Source: Bugula neritina
Lineage: Eukaryota > Animalia > Bryozoa
Direction of reading: 5' to 3'
DNA: 64,000 bases
NCBI GenBank assembly: GCA_964035545.1
Contig: OZ037765.1
Coordinates: 33,479,504-33,543,503, forward strand
Shown: in pieces, positions 61,201 to 64,000 of the stretch
Numbering within the stretch: the stretch's first letter is position 1
Layout: every line of letters begins with the position of its first letter
Made by a program: the position numbers and the translations under genes
The notes under the pieces: generated by a model
Database searches by the model: none
What the model was told of the DNA's origin: nothing
What the model saw: the letters and a program-made list of their open reading frames with translations, nothing else

Positions 61201-63424
61201 ATTTGGGTAAATATACACGCAGGAGTTATCTTCTCATATATTTATACAAATGGGTTATTTCTTAAGTGCTGTTTATTCAACTACACAAACTTAGTTAGTT
61301 AGTTGGAGTCGGATAAATTTGAGTTTACAGACGGCTAAGCAGCAGTGATATGAATGTATCCGACTAGAACCACATTGATAATTAAATTATTATAACGGGG
61401 GGGGGGGGGGGGACAAATCGATATGAGTAAGGAACATGACTCAGATACATGAATTAGAGATGAGTCAGAGATATGACTCATGACTCAGTTATATGACTCA
61501 GAGAGATGACGGAAAGTACCTGGGCGTGACTGGTTTATTCTGAAGCACCTCAGGAGATACAAACTGAGCCGTGCCAACAAATGAGCTTCTTCTTTTAGAT
61601 CTGGCGTTCTCGCGCTGATTGGCAGCATCAGGACCTGTAGAATGAGAAATACCATGTCTGACAGCAGCACTAAGCAGCGGGTGTACTGTAGGTCATGTGA
61701 CCAGTCATCATAGTGTCTAGTATCTAGGTCTCTCTCATGTAACTAACTCAAGAGAGATTTAATATGCTGGAGAAGACCAATCTAGGACTCTACTAGAAGT
61801 TAATACTCACCCCATAACATGCCCCCTTAATTTACTCTGAAGAATTCTTGCCCTAAGTAAAGCTTTGCCTAAACGGCCATAATTTAGTTAGACTGAACTT
61901 TTCACCGAGCTATAGTTATGTGACCAAACACAATGTAGCATGCAAAATACCGTCCAGACAAGCAAGGCAACATATTAACACCAACAATGTCTAACCTTCC
62001 CATGTTTTATGTCAGATAAGCATCAAATCAAAGAGACACAAAAGAAGATTTTAATTATAAAAAATAGAGCCATTACACCATGTGCAGTGACATCATTGCT
62101 CAGACTATGCCTACTAAGTTAAACTAGACAACGCAAAGGAGTAAAATTTAAAAGTAGAAACTGAATAGTATGTTGTGGGGAGTGTGGAAGTAGCGTAACT
62201 GTACATAGAGTAGAGGTGAGTGGAAAGAGTTTAGGCACTTATATTCTTGCAATTTAAGAGTATGGCAGTATTCATCTCTTTAGTTGAGGGTTAGTTGCAT
62301 AAATTTTCAGTAACTAGTTTGATATCAAACCAAAACACAATCAGTTTTCAAAAAACATTTCCTATGATTTGCCTCAACGATCTACACTATTTGCTTGACC
62401 TAGGCAAGCTGTAATGGTGACAAAGTAGAGAGAGATGTGAACAGTGGGAGACGATTACTGGTGGAAAAGCAAATATAAACATACATACTATCCTGTGAAT
62501 GTAAATGAAAACATATCAATGTACAACACATCTTCTGGGTGTAAGTGAAAATATATGAAGAAGGAGTATAGCGGTAGAAAGAGAAGCTAAAAATTGAAAG
62601 AGGTTCAAAAATAGGTAAGTGGGAGAGGGCCAAGTGAAAGAGTCTAACTAAAGTGTTACAACAAATAGAGTGAGTAGGCGTAGTAGGCATGCGAGAATGT
62701 TAACTTATACTTAGTACTGGCTTACAATACCGACACATCAGCTAATATCGCTCACAGTTTTACAAAATAAGAGAGATTGTTACTATTACAATTTACATTT
62801 ATTATCACAGAATATAAATTTACATTTATTATCTCCCCTTGAATTGATCAGTCTAGCCAAAGCAGACGGCTGAGCAGCGTTCTATGTGCACTATTTCTAT
62901 ATTATACACTCTGTTGCAACTACTAAAACTGTTTGTAAAACTGAGCTAAACCAAAGTTCTACTAATATCAAACGCAAATCATGGAGGCACAACTCCCTCC
63001 TCAGACACAACAGTGAGCCCTTACGCCATACCAGGACTAAAGAAGTAACTGGCTAGACATCTACAGTATTCATACTTACAGTCTTTAGCATCAGAATCTG
63101 GTAGAAATCATGTATAAATCAGCCAATAAACAACATAAAATGTGAATTCTTTAGCGGGAGAAACGTAGTTATAATTTAGCCAGGAGTACAGGAATCAAAT
63201 GGGAATCATGTTCATTCAGCACCAGAAACACTCTGGTAAGGAGACAACACTTACATGCAGGCAATATGTTTCTTATAACTCATTATATGTGATCAGAGAT
63301 AGAAGGTAACTTACTCAGACTATCAGGTGTGGGAGTTGTCTCATCAAATATTCTCGCAGAACCAAAATCTGTGATTCTGATATGCATGTCCTTGTTTAGT
63401 AATATATTCTCTGGTTTTAAATCT
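58268..63424 (-). CDS. PDPK1: 3-phosphoinositide-dependent protein kinase 1 (3' part: kinase C-lobe plus PH domain; 5' exons lie beyond the window)
   Basis: Exons 63424-63315 ([17 protein letters not shown]), 61634-61520 ([17 protein letters not shown]), 61121-61053 ([20 protein letters not shown]), 60644-60548, 60240-60055 ([15 protein letters not shown]), 59738-59641, 59381/59372-59240, 58784-58632 ([28 protein letters not shown]), 58384-58268 (PKRTYYLED). Confidence 0.93.
60777..61019. repeat. 28-bp AT-rich degenerate minisatellite in a PDPK1 intron
   Basis: Unit agtatacagtaatatactataatatact. Confidence 0.85.
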
Positions 63425-64000
63425 CTACAAAACAATCGGTAGATATTCTCAAAGATACCTTCTGTGAAGCATGAAATACTGCATGCCGGTCAACATCACA
63501 TATAACTATGCTTAGGCATTGCCAACCCTACATGTCTGTAACCAAAAGTAAAGGCTTTCTAGCATTTCCAGAGAAACATTTCGTGTCGACTAATTGAACA
63601 ATTCAGATGCAGTTTATCTTTATGAGTGTGACTAACGGTAATAAATCAGCACAGAGACTTAGAGAACTTCCTGTGTGATGAGCAAATGCAGTTTGCTAAA
63701 TTCAATTCCTATGATGCTAGAAGTACGTTATAAATGCTACTTCAAATATCTATTGGAGTAATAGAGACCATACAGCTCTATGAATTGAACCTGGAAACAA
63801 TATGACTGGTCTTTTAGTTTATTTAGATGTAACCAGAGACAGCTACACACTATTGATAAAAAGAGTCACATTTATTATTCTAACCCCCATATTTTCCTTG
63901 TATGCAAAATGATGATTGCCTGATAGTGGGGAGTACTTAATATAAAGGTTACCATTGCAATACCTGTCAATATTTCCTAATCTTAGAGCCAATTTAAGCA

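Overview
AT-rich metazoan (invertebrate-like) genomic DNA with spliceosomal introns; no prokaryotic features. I traced exons by hand from GT/GC-AG junctions and reading-frame phase. Genes: (1) the 5' end of an unidentified minus-strand gene running off the left edge; (2) a complete minus-strand SVEP1/polydom-like gene (51 coding exons, 40782->3163, about 4066 aa: signal peptide, degenerate vWA, Cys-rich ephrin-receptor-like repeats, sushi/CCP, 2 HYR, EGF, pentraxin, roughly 40 further CCPs); (3) germ cell-less (GMCL1)-like, minus strand, 13 coding exons; (4) KCTD5/2/17 (insomniac)-like, plus strand, 6 exons, head-to-head with GMCL1; (5) the 3' part of PDPK1 (PDK1), minus strand, tail-to-tail with KCTD5. 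The most striking unexplained structure is a set of unrelated minisatellites, several of which are in-register tandem copies of the exon-intron junction they touch (up to about 41 donor copies or about 73 acceptor-like copies). Also present: an internal 6-CCP tandem duplication in SVEP1 with patchy exon homogenisation, a tRNA-derived SINE family with an inverted pair around in-frame exons 3-5, a GC-AG intron and clustered perfect palindromes. Exon boundaries are manual predictions, unverified by transcripts.
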